DNA from: Nemertoderma westbladi
Lineage: Eukaryota > Animalia > Xenacoelomorpha
Assembly (NCBI GenBank): GCA_032718475.1
Contig: JAUCBJ010008534.1
Coordinates: 1 to 60,162 of the forward strand
Length of the DNA stretch: 60,162 nucleotides
Reading direction: 5' to 3'
Notes under the pieces: generated by a model
Databases searched by the model: none
What the model was told of the DNA's origin: nothing
What the model saw: only the letters and a program-made list of their open reading frames with translations
Program-made: the position numbers and the translations under genes
Shown here: piece after piece, positions 13,878-26,502 of the stretch
Layout: the number at the start of each line of letters is the position of its first letter
Position numbering within the stretch: position 1 is the stretch's first letter

Positions 13878-14621
13878 TGGGGCTCAGACAATAAAATGCA
13901 ACCTGCGAACTAACCCAACTGTGGGACGGGACTTCGCCGAACGACCGACTATAAAGGAATATCTGAACCGAGTTCGCGATGAAACCAACCCGTCTTCAAT
14001 GAAGTTCATAGCTTTTATACTAAGTTAGAGAAACTTTAAAACCCAGCGGAACTCCAATGTCGGTTACTGCTAGGACGTCGGCTAAACTATAGAAATGGAT
14101 AGATAAATAATTATATCAATCTCTTATTTGTGTCGATTAATCATTTATTGCTAAATACAATGTTAAATTAATTTATAACCAGGTTTAACCAGGTTTTTTA
14201 AATTACGTCCGTTGGCCAAATTGCAGCAAATGAAAATTTAAAGAACTCTCCCCATATAAAAATATCAAAATAGTGTAAAAAAAACTGGCCACTTTTTTTA
14301 AGGCCAAATCGACAACCTGTTAGGTCATATGCTCCCGGTACCAGGGATTTGGAAATTCTCTGCGAGCTTTTTTTTTCAAGAATATTTTTATTATTTATCA
14401 TTATAATGAAATAATGATAATAATTATTGTAAAATAATGATAATAATTAATATGCAATAATGATAATAATTATTACGAAATAATAATAATTATTATGAAA
14501 TAATGATAATAATTATTATGAAACAGCATTATCACTTGAATGTGAAGGGTTTGTATTAAACAAGATAGAGTTTTATAGAGATAGACCAGTTAGACCTAAC
14601 TCAGGACTCATCGCTTAGGAA

Positions 14622-14874
14622 TGTGACACCTAGGCTGTCATTGGGTGTCATTGGCGCCAGACTGTCTGGGTGACACCTCCTAGTTAGGCTAATTATACCC
14701 TAATTGACGGATCAGTCATCAATTAATTAGTACATTTAATCCCTAAAGGTGTCTTACGTGTCCTAATTAGGGTTTAATTGATTATCCTATTTAATTAGAC
14801 TGATTAGCGCCCAAACACCCAATGGGTCATGAGTGATGTCTAACCGTCACCTAGAGGCCCAAGAGGGTGTCACA
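14622..14874. mobile_element. Possible solo LTR or small TIR element
   Basis: TGTGACACC ... GGTGTCACA termini; no TSD seen. Confidence 0.3.
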
Positions 14875-15049
14875 AGAGACACCTGCTCTTTCCTAACTTC
14901 TTTAGCTATATCTAGTCAGCTTTAACGTTGACCTTTGACCACAAGCAGCTTTAACCAAGCAGCAGGTTTTTGTCAATGATTATACGCAAGCGCCCCACCT
15001 CATCCACTAGACCCTTCTGCCAGGTGCATCTGCGTGAATCTCCTTTCCC

Positions 15050-15836
15050 GCATACCAACGAACCCACCTGCCGTACCCCGGAACTGCTCGCACCCAGACT
15101 GCATCGAGGTCTACGTCTACGCTTTTTCCAAGGCCTACGCGGCTTGTCTCTACACACTGCGGGGGGGGGGGGGGATGTGCGGACTCTGCTTTGCGCCAAG
15201 GCGCGCACTGCGCCACGGCTGCCCCAACTTTCGATACCTCGCCTGGAGCTGATGGCGGCTCTTGCTGGGAACCCGTCTATATGTATCCGTCCTTAAGTCA
15301 CACGAAGACCTCCCTGGGGTCAACGCCCGCTTCTATTCGGACTCTACGATAACATCACCTGGCTGAGTAAGCCAGCCTTCTGTAACCTGGGAAACCTTTG
15401 TGCGCAACCGAGTGGGCGAGATCCAGCTCCACGTACCCTCCTATTTCTGGTCCCACATACCAGGGAGTCTGAACCCGGCAGACATCGCTACCCGCAGGTT
15501 CGACCTCGTCGATCTTAGCGCTTCTAGATTGTGGTCCGGCCCCCCGGGCATCCCCAACCACGTACCAGTCATTGACCCACTGGTCATCGACCCTCAACAC
15601 GCGACTCTGGAGAGCCGCTGTCTGTTGTCTCATCCTGCCATGGGGAGCAAGACTGTCATAGACCTCCTACGTTTCTTGACACTCACCCGCTCGGTTCGGG
15701 TTATGGCCTGGGTGTCTCGCTTCATCCCCAACTGCTGGGTTCGTCGGCGAACCCGCAACTCCACTGCTAGCGGCCCCCTCAGTGGAGAGGAGCGAGCCCA
15801 AGCCCTTAGATCACTCTTCTATTTGGAACAGAATTT
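15050..15836 (+). mobile_element. BEL/Pao LTR retrotransposon pol fragment (RNase H region), decayed
   Basis: FSKAYAACLY, LLCAKARTAP...SIPRLELMAAL, FYSDSTI, FVRNRVGEIQ, WSHIPGSLNPADIATR, LWSGP in shifted frames. Confidence 0.9.
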
Positions 15837-15889
15837 TGCCAATTAATTTATTTATTATTTTTTTTTTTTCAGAAATTCTCCATGACGTC

Positions 15890-16160
15890 ATAATTTATGG
15901 TGAACCATAAATTAATTTATGGTCGACCATAAATTAATTTATGGTCGACCAAAAATTAATTTATGGTTGACCAAAAATTAATTTATGGTTGACCAAAAAT
16001 TATAAATTTATGGTCAACCAAAAATTAATTTATGGTCGACCAAAAATTAATTTATGGTCGACCAAAAATTATTAATTTACGGTCAACCAAAAATTAATTT
16101 ATGGTCGACCAAAAATTATTAATTTATGGTCGACCATAAATTAATAATTTTTGGTCGACA
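15890..16160. repeat. ~22-bp tandem repeat AATTAATTTATGGTCGACCAAA, probably subterminal to a non-autonomous DNA transposon
   Basis: About 11 copies with a TGGTCGACCA palindromic core. Confidence 0.85.
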
Positions 16161-19100
16161 ATTGATTGATTGATCAATTGATAGACTTCAGCATCAAAAA
16201 AAACCTCAGTATACGTGAAACCACGACGTTTACAGCACATTTTCGTTAAAATGTTTGTTTTTATATACTTTATGAGTTTTTCTCGAAAACTACTTTTTGG
16301 TCTCCTAAAATGCTACGAGTCAGTCAATTTTTGATAAATTTTTTCGAATTTTTCACAAACCCACCACCTTGATATGGATCATAAAAGTATCGGAAAGAAA
16401 TTTGAAATTTTTAGTCTACGTGTGTTTTTTATTAAATTTTCATGAAAAAAAAAAACGTTTTTGGAACTTTATATAATGTACCTGTTACATAAAAAGTATC
16501 CTGAATCATAAAAACTTGTCCGATACTTTTGAAAATCGATCTGTTTAAGTTAATTCTGGAAAGATTCAGTGTTCAATAATGATTTCCCTGGGATCCTTAT
16601 CATTTCACAAAACATGTGTCACAAAGTCAGTTAAATCAATTTTTTGGTAGTATCAGATATTATTCGGTAAAAATTTTTTGTTTGTCAATCATACAAATAT
16701 ATATAGCAGCCACACAACAAAAATCAGACTGTTTGACTCATAAGTACTTCAGTAATCATTAAAAATCTACAATATGTCAGAAAAAGGGGTAGCGACCCCT
16801 TAATAGTTAATCTTGCATTCTAGAAAACCATAGGAAAACATTCAAAGTATGATCTTATTAATTTAGCTGTAGAGCTTAGAGTTTAGTGGTAAGAATACCT
16901 GTCATGGGAATGTAATACGACTTGACTCAGAAACTCCAGACTCAGAAATGTTTGATAATTATTCTGTTTATTGTTAATATGATTGAAATGTGTTTTGGAA
17001 ACACAAAAACCCGACCTGTAATATATTGTCATTCTCCGATAACACGAACCAACACAACTAATTATATTCACATCGATTACCGTACGGATACAAAATATTG
17101 GAATTGTGTTTCATTAGAATCGCGTTAGCCTCAATGTCGTATCTTATATCACTAGAAAGCTTGTGTTGGAAGGATTCTAAATTGGAACAATAAATAATAA
17201 ATTGTTGAAACTTAATTCCCTTTCTATTGTGACCATCATATAATTATTGCTTTCAAATATTGTAAGAATTATCGTTCTCGGGCGGCTATTTATTCTTGTT
17301 AATGGATACACTACCATCTGGGACATTTTGTTTATGAATGTGTTGTTACAGGTGAAACATATCGTATTCTAGAATGTTGTGTATTTAATAATATAATACA
17401 TTGAAATAAAACGTTAAAACCCTTTCAGACCCGAATTATGTTCCCATCATGGTAAAAATTATTTTTGTGTTTTAACAGGTCATTTTAGGTCCCAATAACA
17501 CAATTTGCTAAAAAAAAATTTTCGAAACACTCTGTTTCTTTGCCAGCATGGGTCATATATGGGCCCCCTGGTTTCAAAGGGTGTGATATGTAGAATATTG
17601 CAAAGTCATTTTATTACCAATTTAGAATTACCTATATTTTCTGGTATATATTTTGTGTTTTTTTTCTGATTAAAATTTAAGGGGGGGGGGGGGGGGGGGG
17701 GGGGTTGGCACCCCCCTATTTTGGAAATTGACAAAAACGTTTTTTTATGACCTTTTTTAAGATTTTTTTATGTGCCAAATTTAATGGAGATTTCAAATCT
17801 GCCAGTAGTTTTCTCATATCCTTTTTCAAACTCAAGTTATTACCCAAAACGTAAGAGCTAGTCTGATTTTTGTAAAGCCTTCGAGCAGCACTATATTTTA
17901 CAATTGTGCGGGGCCCTTTTCATAAAAAAGGCTCTCACGGTATAGATATGCATAAAATTGCTAAAACGTTGTTTTACAAGTTATCTGTTTAGCAAGCATG
18001 AAAAATTTCGTTGAATTTCATTCATTTTTGACAATGTTATTGATGAACTTAGAAAATTGGTATTATCTAAAATAGCGGGAAGGTTTAAATTATTCCTTAA
18101 ACTTTAAACAACCATATCTCAGAACGACGATTTTTCATGAAAAAGGCTATTTCTCCGCCAATTTTGACTGAAATGAGTTGAAATTTGGTACACTTCTTAA
18201 GATTACCCTTCGCCATACTTCTTCTTAACAAATTTGGTTTGAAATGCCCTGAAGCTTTTTTATATCAAAAAGGTACAAAAAAGCCCTTTTTTGGGGCCTT
18301 ATTGTTCTAAAAAGGCTCCAGAGCATTTGAGGCAAAATTTGATAAGAAGAATTGGATGCAGGGTTCTTCTGAACCTATAATCCAAATTTCAACAATTTTC
18401 AACAAATATTGGTTGAGAAATAGCCCTTGGCGCAAAAAGGCCCTTTTGGCCATTACGGAGCCATTTTGGGGCCAATTTTAAAAATATTTAGTTTGGCAAT
18501 TCTCAGACAGTCCAGACGTTGTTAAGTAGCAGAAAAAATAACTTTCACCCAATTTTATGGTCCAGAGACACAAAAATGTGAGGTTCAATTTGGGGGTGCT
18601 ACCCCCATTGTTATAATAATAAATTATAAGTTTATTTAATAAATTTAAAATTTTATTGAACCCATTTTCAAGTCCAAGTTGAATTTTGTTGCTGATCAAT
18701 TGTGTGGACCTGCAGGTACAGCAGACTATGATGCGCAGTCGTGCTGATTGTCTGCCAGTCTGGTGCATCTCGGGAAGTTATTGATTGTGTAAAAATAACA
18801 TAACAAAATTACTCAAAATGATATATTTTTTCAACACTCAATTTGCATATTTATATTGACTGCTCCAATATAAAAAAAAATCACTAAAGAACAATATAAC
18901 TAATAAACTGTAGTAATATAAAATTAATTTTAGAAACATGAAGTCCGGGGAAGATAGCCAAGAACCTCAGTTCCAGCAGGATATTCAGTGAAGGGGATAA
19001 GTGGAATACGAAGTGGAATACGTGTAGAGATAGTCCAACTTCCACGAAAAATATCCAAATTCATTCATAAGTCATCGCACTTATAGTTTAATATACAACT

Positions 19101-19189
19101 AACTACATAGATTATTCTTCTAATTTGTAACGCGACTGTGTCTAACAAGTTTACTGGAAGTTGAGAAACGTTTCTTACAAACATTACAG

Positions 19190-20103
19190 TTACCGAGTCT
19201 CCCCACTGCGGATACATTTGTGGTGCTTTACTTGATGTCGTTGGGTGAAACATTTCCCGCATGTATCGCAGCTAAACGGTCGTTCCCCTGTATGTGATCT
19301 CTTGTGAGTTTTTAGATGGCAGCTCTGCGTAAATCCCTTCCCGCACGTCTCGCACACGTACGGTCGATCTTTCGTGTGGATTCTTTTGTGGGACGTTAAA
19401 CTGCCGCTCTCTGTAAATCCCTTCCCACACGTGTCGCACACGAACGGCCGATCTTCAGTGTGAATTATTTTGTGGGACTTTAGAGTACCGCTCTTTCTAA
19501 ATCCCTTCCCGCACTTGTCGCAAACGAACGGACGCTCTCCGGTATGAATTCTTTTGTGGGACTTTAGATCGCAGCTCTTCGTAAATCCCTTCCCACACGT
19601 GTCGCACACGTACGGACGCTCTCCGGTATGAATTCTTTTGTGGGACTTTAGATGGCCGCTCTTCGTAAATCCCTTCCCACACGTGTCGCACACGTACGGA
19701 CGCTCACCGGTGTGAATTCTTTTGTGGGACGTTAAACTGCCGCTCTCCGTAAACCCCTTCCCACACGTGTCGCACACGAACGGACGCTTTCCGGAATGCG
19801 TCCGTTTGTGCGTGGTTAGGTTGCACAGGTGAGAGAATCGTTTGTAGCAGATGCCGCATTGGTAAGGACGCTCTCCGGTGTGGATCCGTTGGTGTATAAT
19901 TAGGCTGCTGTTCCTTGTGAACGTCTTATCACAAGTACCACAGCTGAACGGTTTCTCATTGGAGCGGCTTCCTTTCACAATATCCTGGGGTTGAATACCA
20001 GAGGGACCAGGTTGGTCGAAGGGATTATTCATAATTCCGGGTGTTACGTCATCGTCGGAAGTGAACATGTCTGAATCATCAGGTGATGGTTGTGATTGGC
20101 CGC
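19190..20103 (-). CDS. Zinc-finger paralog B, exon 2: 8 C2H2 + terminal C2HC finger
   Basis: Acceptor TTATCCAG|GC at 20104/20103 completes the phase-1 codon from exon 1 and is in frame with ORF 19190..20068. TGERP-type linkers. Spliced CDS is 1420+914 = 2334 nt (777 aa) if there are no extra exons. Confidence 0.92.
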
Positions 20104-20289
20104 CTGGATAATGTAATGGGGTGGATTAATAATGGATAATATTTATGAAAATCGGAAGATTTTTTAAGTAATGGAATAATTAAGATGCCGTTCATAAATA
20201 AAGTCGTTAAATAAATGAAGGTTTATTCAGTAAAATTTGACCCCCCCCCCCCCCCTCCCGAACTTGTACTATACTCCGCAAAGCTGGTG

Positions 20290-20700
20290 GCCTCGAAATG
20301 ATATCTTTACATACAATGGAATCCCTCTCAATAAAACTAACTGCTACGAATACATCGGTTTAATTATCCAGCCTTCACTCTGTTTTACCGAACATTTACA
20401 ACAAAATAAATATTGCGCCAACTCATCCACTCAGGTCTTTAAACCAGTTAACTTTACTGTCAGTAGAGATCGGTCAAAATATTATCTATATGACCGGCGC
20501 TCTTTAAATTATTACAACAATCGGTAAATAGCTTGCACATAACAACATCAAAGAACTGGAGGAGATCAGAATCCAACACATAAAACGTGCATTCTCAACC
20601 TCGGAGGAATGCTTTTATAATAAAGCGATCAAATTAACAAACGGAAAAACCAGGACTCCTAGCTCTTTATGATGAAAGATTTCCATGATTTAATAGAAAT
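20290..20700 (+). mobile_element. Decayed LINE 3' RT fragment
   Basis: YNGIPLNKTNCYEYIGLIIQPSLCFTEHL resembles the YLG...LxxxxH C-terminal RT segment of LINEs. Confidence 0.5.
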
Positions 20701-20749
20701 ACATAGTAAATAGTACCTGTCCACCACCATAGGTGATCTTCCACCACAG

Positions 20750-20935
20750 TAAACCCTTCTATTGTTTCCCAAGTTGCCTTGGTTCCCATTTATCGACCAC
20801 TGAAGGATGAAAGTCAGGGTTGCGCTAGGCTGCAGCATTTAAAGCACTGAGCCCAAACAGTGCTGACCACTCTAGGGATCGAACCAAGGCTTCCTAATTT
20901 GAAGCCCAGGAATGTCACCACTAGACCAAGCTGAT
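20750..20935 (-). mobile_element. tRNA-derived SINE
   Basis: Minus-strand Pol III A box TGGTCTAGTGG (20928-20918) and B box GGTTCGATCCC (20885-20875). Followed by CTTTCATCCTTCAGTGGTCGATAAATGGGAACC, resembling the conserved central domain of widespread metazoan SINEs. Confidence 0.75.
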
Positions 20936-21531
20936 GCTGCTTGGTCTAGTAAAGTAAAATAAGAAATATAAAAAAATTCGATGATACAACTAAACCAAAC
21001 CAAACAAGCCTGAAATCAGATAAACTGACAAATAATGGTACCGGTATATAATAGCAGTATTGCGCGCCATCTTGAGGTTGAGGCAGTGCGGATATTTTGT
21101 TATTGGTGATCGTTATATTGAGTTTGCACAAAGCGTGGAGTTTCTCCCCCGAACTCTACAACCAAATGGGAACCAACCCTACGTCCTTTTCCGGTATAGC
21201 AGAAAATTCCCACCCCTAGAATTCACCTCGCGGTTAAAATCCCCTAGTGTATTCCACCCCCCCCCCCCCCCCCCCCCCCCCAGTTAGAATTCACTAGGTG
21301 TATTTTAATCGGGGGTGAAACTACTCTGGGTGTTTTTTTAGTGAAATTTAATAGTTAAATCTTATTTCAATATTTGTTTACTGAACAAAGGAAACGCGGC
21401 CAAATATTATAGATAATAATAATGTCATAGAGAAAGGAGGTGGGGGGATCTCACAAAATTTGTGGTTGAAATGTTGGATCCTACGGAAGCCCACAACTGT
21501 CAAGGACAAAACATTAATAAAACTTGGACGC

Positions 21532-23332
21532 AATGGCTTATGGTCTCTAGTAAAGGATAATAAACAAGTATGTGAAGAATTGTTCATTCTTCCCCATTCC
21601 GAGAGCAGTGTTAGCGCGAATTACATTGTATCGATATTGCGCCCTCAGTACTCTGAAAGCTCTACAAGGAAAATTCGTGAAGAAGCATTGATTGACTATT
21701 TCCAAGACTTTCTGATGTCGCTAGAGGATTCGACAATATCTGGTTATTCTGAAATCTTAGCAAATTGCAGTGAAGGGGTGTATTCTGATGAATATACGAA
21801 GCCTGATTTATCACCAAGTGGTGTTCTAGGGTGGCTTACAGGCCAGAAACATGTACCATTAACTACGGAGTATTTCTACACGAAGTGGGGCCTTCGCGCA
21901 GCACGTGAAATGAGTTAATGCTAAGTATCAACTCGAAAGGATTATAAAAACATAGGAGAAGATTTTCCCGGAAAACGTTAACCCTCTAGCGGGAGACTGG
22001 GTAACTGAAGAAGGAAGGATTAGTTTCCCTACAAAGCCACATCCTATGGTCTATTACATATCTACCAAGTTTCCGATTGACGGATCATAAATAACGAAAT
22101 GTTGGAAGGTTTTCACTTTCATACATTTAGCCCTCTAGCGGCATATTAAAGAACTACGGATCGATCACCTTCCTCACAAAGACGAGGCATGTGGTCTAGT
22201 ACATACCGGTACTGTATATTCCAAAATTCAGCTTAAATAGATTAAGATCAAGGAATTCGCAAAGGTTATCACTTTCCTACATTTCGCCCTCTAGCGGCAG
22301 ACTCGAAAACTCCGGACCGATTACTGTCCACACAAAGACTTAGGATGTCTTCTAGTACATATATGACAAGTTTCAGCGTAATCAGATCATAAACAACTAA
22401 ATGGAAGAATAATTTCACATTCGGGACATTTCGCCCTCTAGCGGCAGACTGGAGAACTGCAGACAGATTAGCCTCCTTTGAAATTTACAGCTAATGGTCT
22501 AGTACATACTTCCCAAGTTTCAGCTTAAACGGATTAAAAGCAAAGAAATGGGTGGCCATTTAATGTTTAGACATGTGGCCCTCTAGCGGGAGACTGGAAA
22601 ACTTCGGACCGATTACAATCCACACAAAGACTCAGGATGTCATCTAGTACATATATGACAAGTTTCAGCGTAATCAGATCATAAACAACTAAATGGAAGA
22701 ATAATTTCACATTCGGGACATTTCGCCCTCTAGCGGCAGACTGGAGAACTGCAGACAGATTAGCCTCCTTTGAAATTTACAGCTAATGGTCTAGTACATA
22801 CTTCCCAAGTTTCAGCTTAAACGGATTAAAAGCAAAGAAATGGGTGGCCATTTAATGTTTAGACATGTGGCCCTCTAGCGGGAGACCATTGCACTGATGG
22901 TGTCTGAAAGTCTCTCAAAAATCTCAACTTTTGCTCATATTGATACCTACAAATTTTCAACTTGGCAGCTTTAAATCCGACAAAGTTATTAGCATGTCAA
23001 AATCGTAACGACGACGACAACGACGACGACGACAACGACGACGACGACAACGACGACGACGACGACGACGACAACTATTTGCATAAATTGACCCACCCCC
23101 TAACAGTGTCAATTCGCTAAGGCTCCGCCAACTTCGTGGCTCGCCCCACATTACAGTGGCATTCAATCATGATTGCCTCATAGATAATCCCCAGCATAGT
23201 ATTTGCTTCCCAGTTGTGGGCGCTTGTGCTCGAATCATAACTTTCCCTGTTTCGCACATGATAAGGCAAGATGATTTTAATAAACTTCTCCTGTTGGCAT
23301 TTTGCAAAGGTCAAACATTTGCGTTACATTAG
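21532..23332 (+). pseudogene. HECT E3 ubiquitin-ligase C-terminal fragment (G2E3-like), 5'-deleted and interrupted
   Basis: GLWSLVKDNKQVCEELF...EEALIDYFQDFL...LSPSGVLGWLTGQKHVPL (to ~21860). Continues after the insertion at 23150-23332 as ITVAFNHDCLIDNPQHSICFPVVGACARIITFPVSHM...FNKLLLLAFCKGQTFALH*, with catalytic-Cys-like PxxxxC...xxP and a near-terminal Phe. Confidence 0.8.
21861..23150. mobile_element. Non-autonomous element (Crypton-like, tentative) inserted in the HECT gene
   Basis: ~146-bp units marked by CCCTCTAGCGG (about 7 copies, one 292-bp near-exact duplication), an (ACG)n microsatellite at ~23008-23072, and short inverted GTGGGGC/GCCCCAC near the ends. HECT frame resumes after it. 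Confidence 0.6.
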
Positions 23333-23438
23333 CTGAGTTGTTATATAGTAACTGCTGTTGTTATTGTGTCCCTTTAGTTGTATTAGCAGTATTTCAGTTA
23401 TTACTGTAGTTGTGTTACTTTAATTCTTAGATGTGTTA

Positions 23439-24266
23439 TTATAGTTGTTGGTTTTTAAATATTTGAATGGTTGTCGATGTATTAATAATATCACGGTATT
23501 CTAAATCTGAAAACATGTTTCGCCACCACATTGATCGATTCCTAGAATAGAAGGACCACCAGCCTTCTATTCGTTGGTTTCTCTGTGACGATACGTACTT
23601 ATGGGCCGTTGTGGATTCTTTAATATAGGCCTGAATCGCAGCCGCTGTGCCGTTTTCCGTTCCCAAGTCTGTAATTAACTTCATGGGGCATCCATGTTCA
23701 CTAATAGCTTCGAGGAACATATGAGCTATATTTTCGGGCGCGTTGTTGGATTGGATGACTTTCAACCATAGTACTTTCCTACTGTACCCGTCAATACAAC
23801 CGTGAATGGGGAAACCGAAAGGCTTCAGCTTGTCATAGCCATCTATGTGCCAAGCGTAATTTGGGCCGGGGTTGTAATATTGCCTACGTTTCAGTCTATG
23901 GCGCTGACGGATCTCGTTTCCTTCGGGGTCTATAGCTCGCAGAAACTCTGCAACCATAGATCTTGGAACTCTTAGCCCCTCTAGCTGTAATGTATGCCAT
24001 ATACTCCTGTAACCGCCCAATGAACCCGGCCCTGAAGATACTATCTCGCAAATTCGATCCCACACGATTTCTTCTAAGTCCCCTTTGTCAGGATCCCACT
24101 TCGCTAGTGAGGAACGCCTTACAAGCCCGTATTCCCGTAGGCGCCTTAACAGAGTACTGTAACTGATATTTATACCAGATAACTTAAGAAATTCTAGAAT
24201 TTCCTTATAATCAAAGCCACTACTGAAGTAATACCTAATTATATCCTCCTGATTAGTTTCAGACAT
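23439..24266 (-). CDS. IS3EU-type DDE transposase (N-terminal HTH + integrase core), probably 3'-truncated
   Basis: IIRYYFSSGF...ISYSTLLRRL HTH-like region; WHIDGYDKLKPFGFPIHGCIDGYSRKVLWL, ITDLGTEN and NQRIEGWW give an intact D-D-E. Confidence 0.88.
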   Translation of the reverse strand: MSETNQEDIIRYYFSSGFDYKEILEFLKLSGINISYSTLLRRLREYGLVRRSSLAKWDPDKGDLEEIVWDRICEIVSSGPGSLGGYRSIWHTLQLEGLRVPRSMVAEFLRAIDPEGNEIRQRHRLKRRQYYNPGPNYAWHIDGYDKLKPFGFPIHGCIDGYSRKVLWLKVIQSNNAPENIAHMFLEAISEHGCPMKLITDLGTENGTAAAIQAYIKESTTAHKYVSSQRNQRIEGWWSFYSRNRSMWWRNMFSDLEYRDIINTSTTIQIFKNQQL

Positions 24267-24364
24267 TATAGGCCAACCACTACAATACCACGGTAATCTA
24301 TGTTAGTTAGTAATGGGCAGCAAGGATGGTCATATACATGAGAGCAGTAATATTCCTAATAAAT

Positions 24365-24740
24365 GCGCTCAGGGCAAAATGCCCTCATGGCAAAATGCCC
24401 TCAGGGCAAAACGCCCTCAGGGCAAAACGCCCTCAGGGCAAAATGCCCTCAGGGCAAAATGCCCTCAGGGCAAAATGCCCTCAGGGCAAAACGCCCTCAG
24501 GGCAAAACGCCCCCAGGGCAAAATGCCCCCAGGGAAAAATGCCCTCAGGGCAAAATGCCCTCAGGGCAAAACGCCCTCAGGGCAAAATGCCCTCAGGGCA
24601 AAATGCCCTCAGGGCAAAACGCCCTCAGGGCAAAATGCCGTCAGGGCAAAATGCCCTCAGGGCAAAACGCCCTCAGGGCAAAATGCCCTCAGGGCAAAAC
24701 GCCCTCAGGGCAAAATGCCCTCAGGGCAAAACGCCCTGAT
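24365..24740. repeat. 16-bp subterminal tandem array GCCCTCAGGGCAAAA(T/C), ~23 copies
   Basis: Direct reading; GCCCTnAGGGC is palindromic; lies ~50 bp inside the right TIR. Confidence 0.95.
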
Positions 24741-24948
24741 GAATTTTGAAATGGCATGCTTTCTATGGCTTTGTATGCAATTTATTTAATTGCGTCCAAG
24801 TTTTATTAATGTTTTGTCCTTGACAGTTGTGGGCTTCCGTAGGATCCTGTATGCTAAGCTCACTAACTTCGCGAGTTGTATCACATTATTCAGAGTAACG
24901 GTAATATGAGTTATTTTCAATGTAAAACCCAAGTAAAGGTTAACTCAC

Positions 24949-26368
24949 CTATAGCGGAAACTGTTGTTGGTTTAGGGCGCAACCGGAGGTTGTAGGTGTT
25001 GGAATAATTTAAGTTAAAGTCGTCTAGAGACTGAGTAGTAAGGGTTGGTGAGGAGCTAGTGTCTGTTAGGGGACCCTGAGCGGTGTGGGGGGTCGAGTAG
25101 GTAGCGGTAGTGTCTGGGGCGAGAACATGAGTAGTGTTGGTGGTAGATGGAATAGTGTCTGGGTAGGGACCCTGAGCTACGTGGGGGGTCGAGTAGGTAG
25201 CGGTAGTGTCTGGGACAAGAACAAGAGTAGTGTTGGTGGTAGATGGAATAGTGTCTGGGTAGGGACCCTGAGCTACGTGGGGGGTCGAGTAGGTAGCGGT
25301 AGTGTCTGGGACAAGAACATGAGTAGTGTTGGTGGTAGATGGAATAGTGTCTGGGTAGGGACCCTGAGCTACGTGGGGGGTCGAGTAGGTAGCGGTAGTG
25401 TCTGGGACAAGAACATGAGTAGTGTTGGTGGTAGATGGAATAGTGTCTGGGTAGGGACCCTGAGCTACGTGGGGGGTCGAGTAGGTAGCGGTAGTGCATG
25501 TGTCTGGGACGAGAACATGAGTAGTGTTGGTGGTAGATGGAATAGTGTCTGGGTAGGGACCCTGAGCTACGTGGGGGGTCGAAGAGTTTGCCTCTGCAGA
25601 GATTCCATAATGTCTATCTATATCGAAGAACAACTCCTTCAAGCCATCGCCAACCTCACCCATATCGGGTTTATATTCCAGTTGGTCTTCCGTCTTAATG
25701 CGTAGGCCTACCGGAACATCTGACTGGTCTGCTGATAGAGGTTGGGTAGAATAATGGTTTGAGTTGGTTGTGGTTACTGCGGGGGCATAAGATAATAAAG
25801 TTGAACTGGTTGTATTATTACTCGATTCAGATTCAATGAGGTTTGGTTTGGTGTCTATCGGACTCAGTTTGGGATCCATTTGTATTTGTTCTCCCGGGAG
25901 GTCTGTCTGGTTGAGATGTTGTAACCTCACCACAGGCTGCATGGATGATGATTCGGTAGATGGCGTGCAACGACTAGAGTTTCGGGATTTCCGATGGAAA
26001 CTCATTTCGGTCGCAGGATTGTCATTGTGGCGATACGTTACCGGTGTCGACGCCGTTGTCCTCAATGGTCTCTTCGAAAGACTGGTCTCGCAGTTACCGG
26101 TAGTCGGGACAGTGGCCGGTGATTCGGTCGTGTTATCCGAGGTGGTGGCAGAGGTGTTAGACCCAGAGGAGATTAAGCGATGCAGCCACTCGGTAATACG
26201 AACAGCCGTACATTTATTAACAACATAATCATCCAGAAAACTACAGTTCGCGTCCAAGAATTCTTCGATAAACTTCCGAACATATGAAACATTTTCCGAA
26301 CAGATGTTCGCCAACATTGATTTGGTAATAACCAAAGAGGACTCAATATCAATAGTTGATGGTTCCAT
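24949..26368 (-). CDS. Zinc-finger paralog B, exon 1 (unrecognised N-terminal domain, PVVRL, IKTE, 32-aa repeats)
   Basis: ORF 24917..26368 with donor ATAG|GTGAGT at 24949/24948 (phase 1), compatible with the finger-exon acceptor at 20103. Same junction in paralogs A and C. Confidence 0.88.
25070..25582 (-). repeat. 96-bp coding tandem repeat, ~5.3 copies
   Basis: Same unit as 131-735; one unit has a 6-bp insertion (PDTCTTATY). Confidence 0.95.
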
Positions 26369-26502
26369 AGTACTGCAATGTACTGTTGTACTGTCAGACT
26401 GTAGTCGTTTCCGATGTTTCGAATTCCTTATTTACTTTAATCAAACAATAATAGGCCTAGCTAATATAGCAGTGGTACCGGGTACAGGCAACCCAACCAG
26501 TA

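Larger units (their letters stand above)
21482..24841. mobile_element. IS3EU-type DNA transposon #1 (internally deleted) in the intron of zinc-finger gene B; carries HECT fragment and DDE transposase
   Basis: Perfect 53-bp TIR TACGGAAGCCCACAACTGTCAAGG... (21482-21534 / 24789-24841) and 6-bp TSD GGATCC (21476-21481, 24842-24847). TAY..RTA termini with 6-bp TSD match the IS3EU description. Confidence 0.88.

Noticed and set aside
16200-18600. Specific DNA-transposon calls (Kolobok-like CCCC-TTAA end near 16800; inverted segment ~18140-18430)
   Set aside because: Look like non-autonomous TE remnants, but paired termini and TSDs could not be established.
20860-20935. tRNA gene
   Set aside because: A and B boxes are present but there is no convincing cloverleaf, and it continues into a SINE body.
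21460-21531. N-terminus of ORF 21460..21918 as part of the HECT protein
   Set aside because: These codons are flank, TSD and TIR sequence; the end of the ORF after ~21860 is inserted-element sequence.
24313-24789. Three overlapping repetitive ORFs
   Set aside because: Artefact of a stop-free 16-bp repeat open in all frames.
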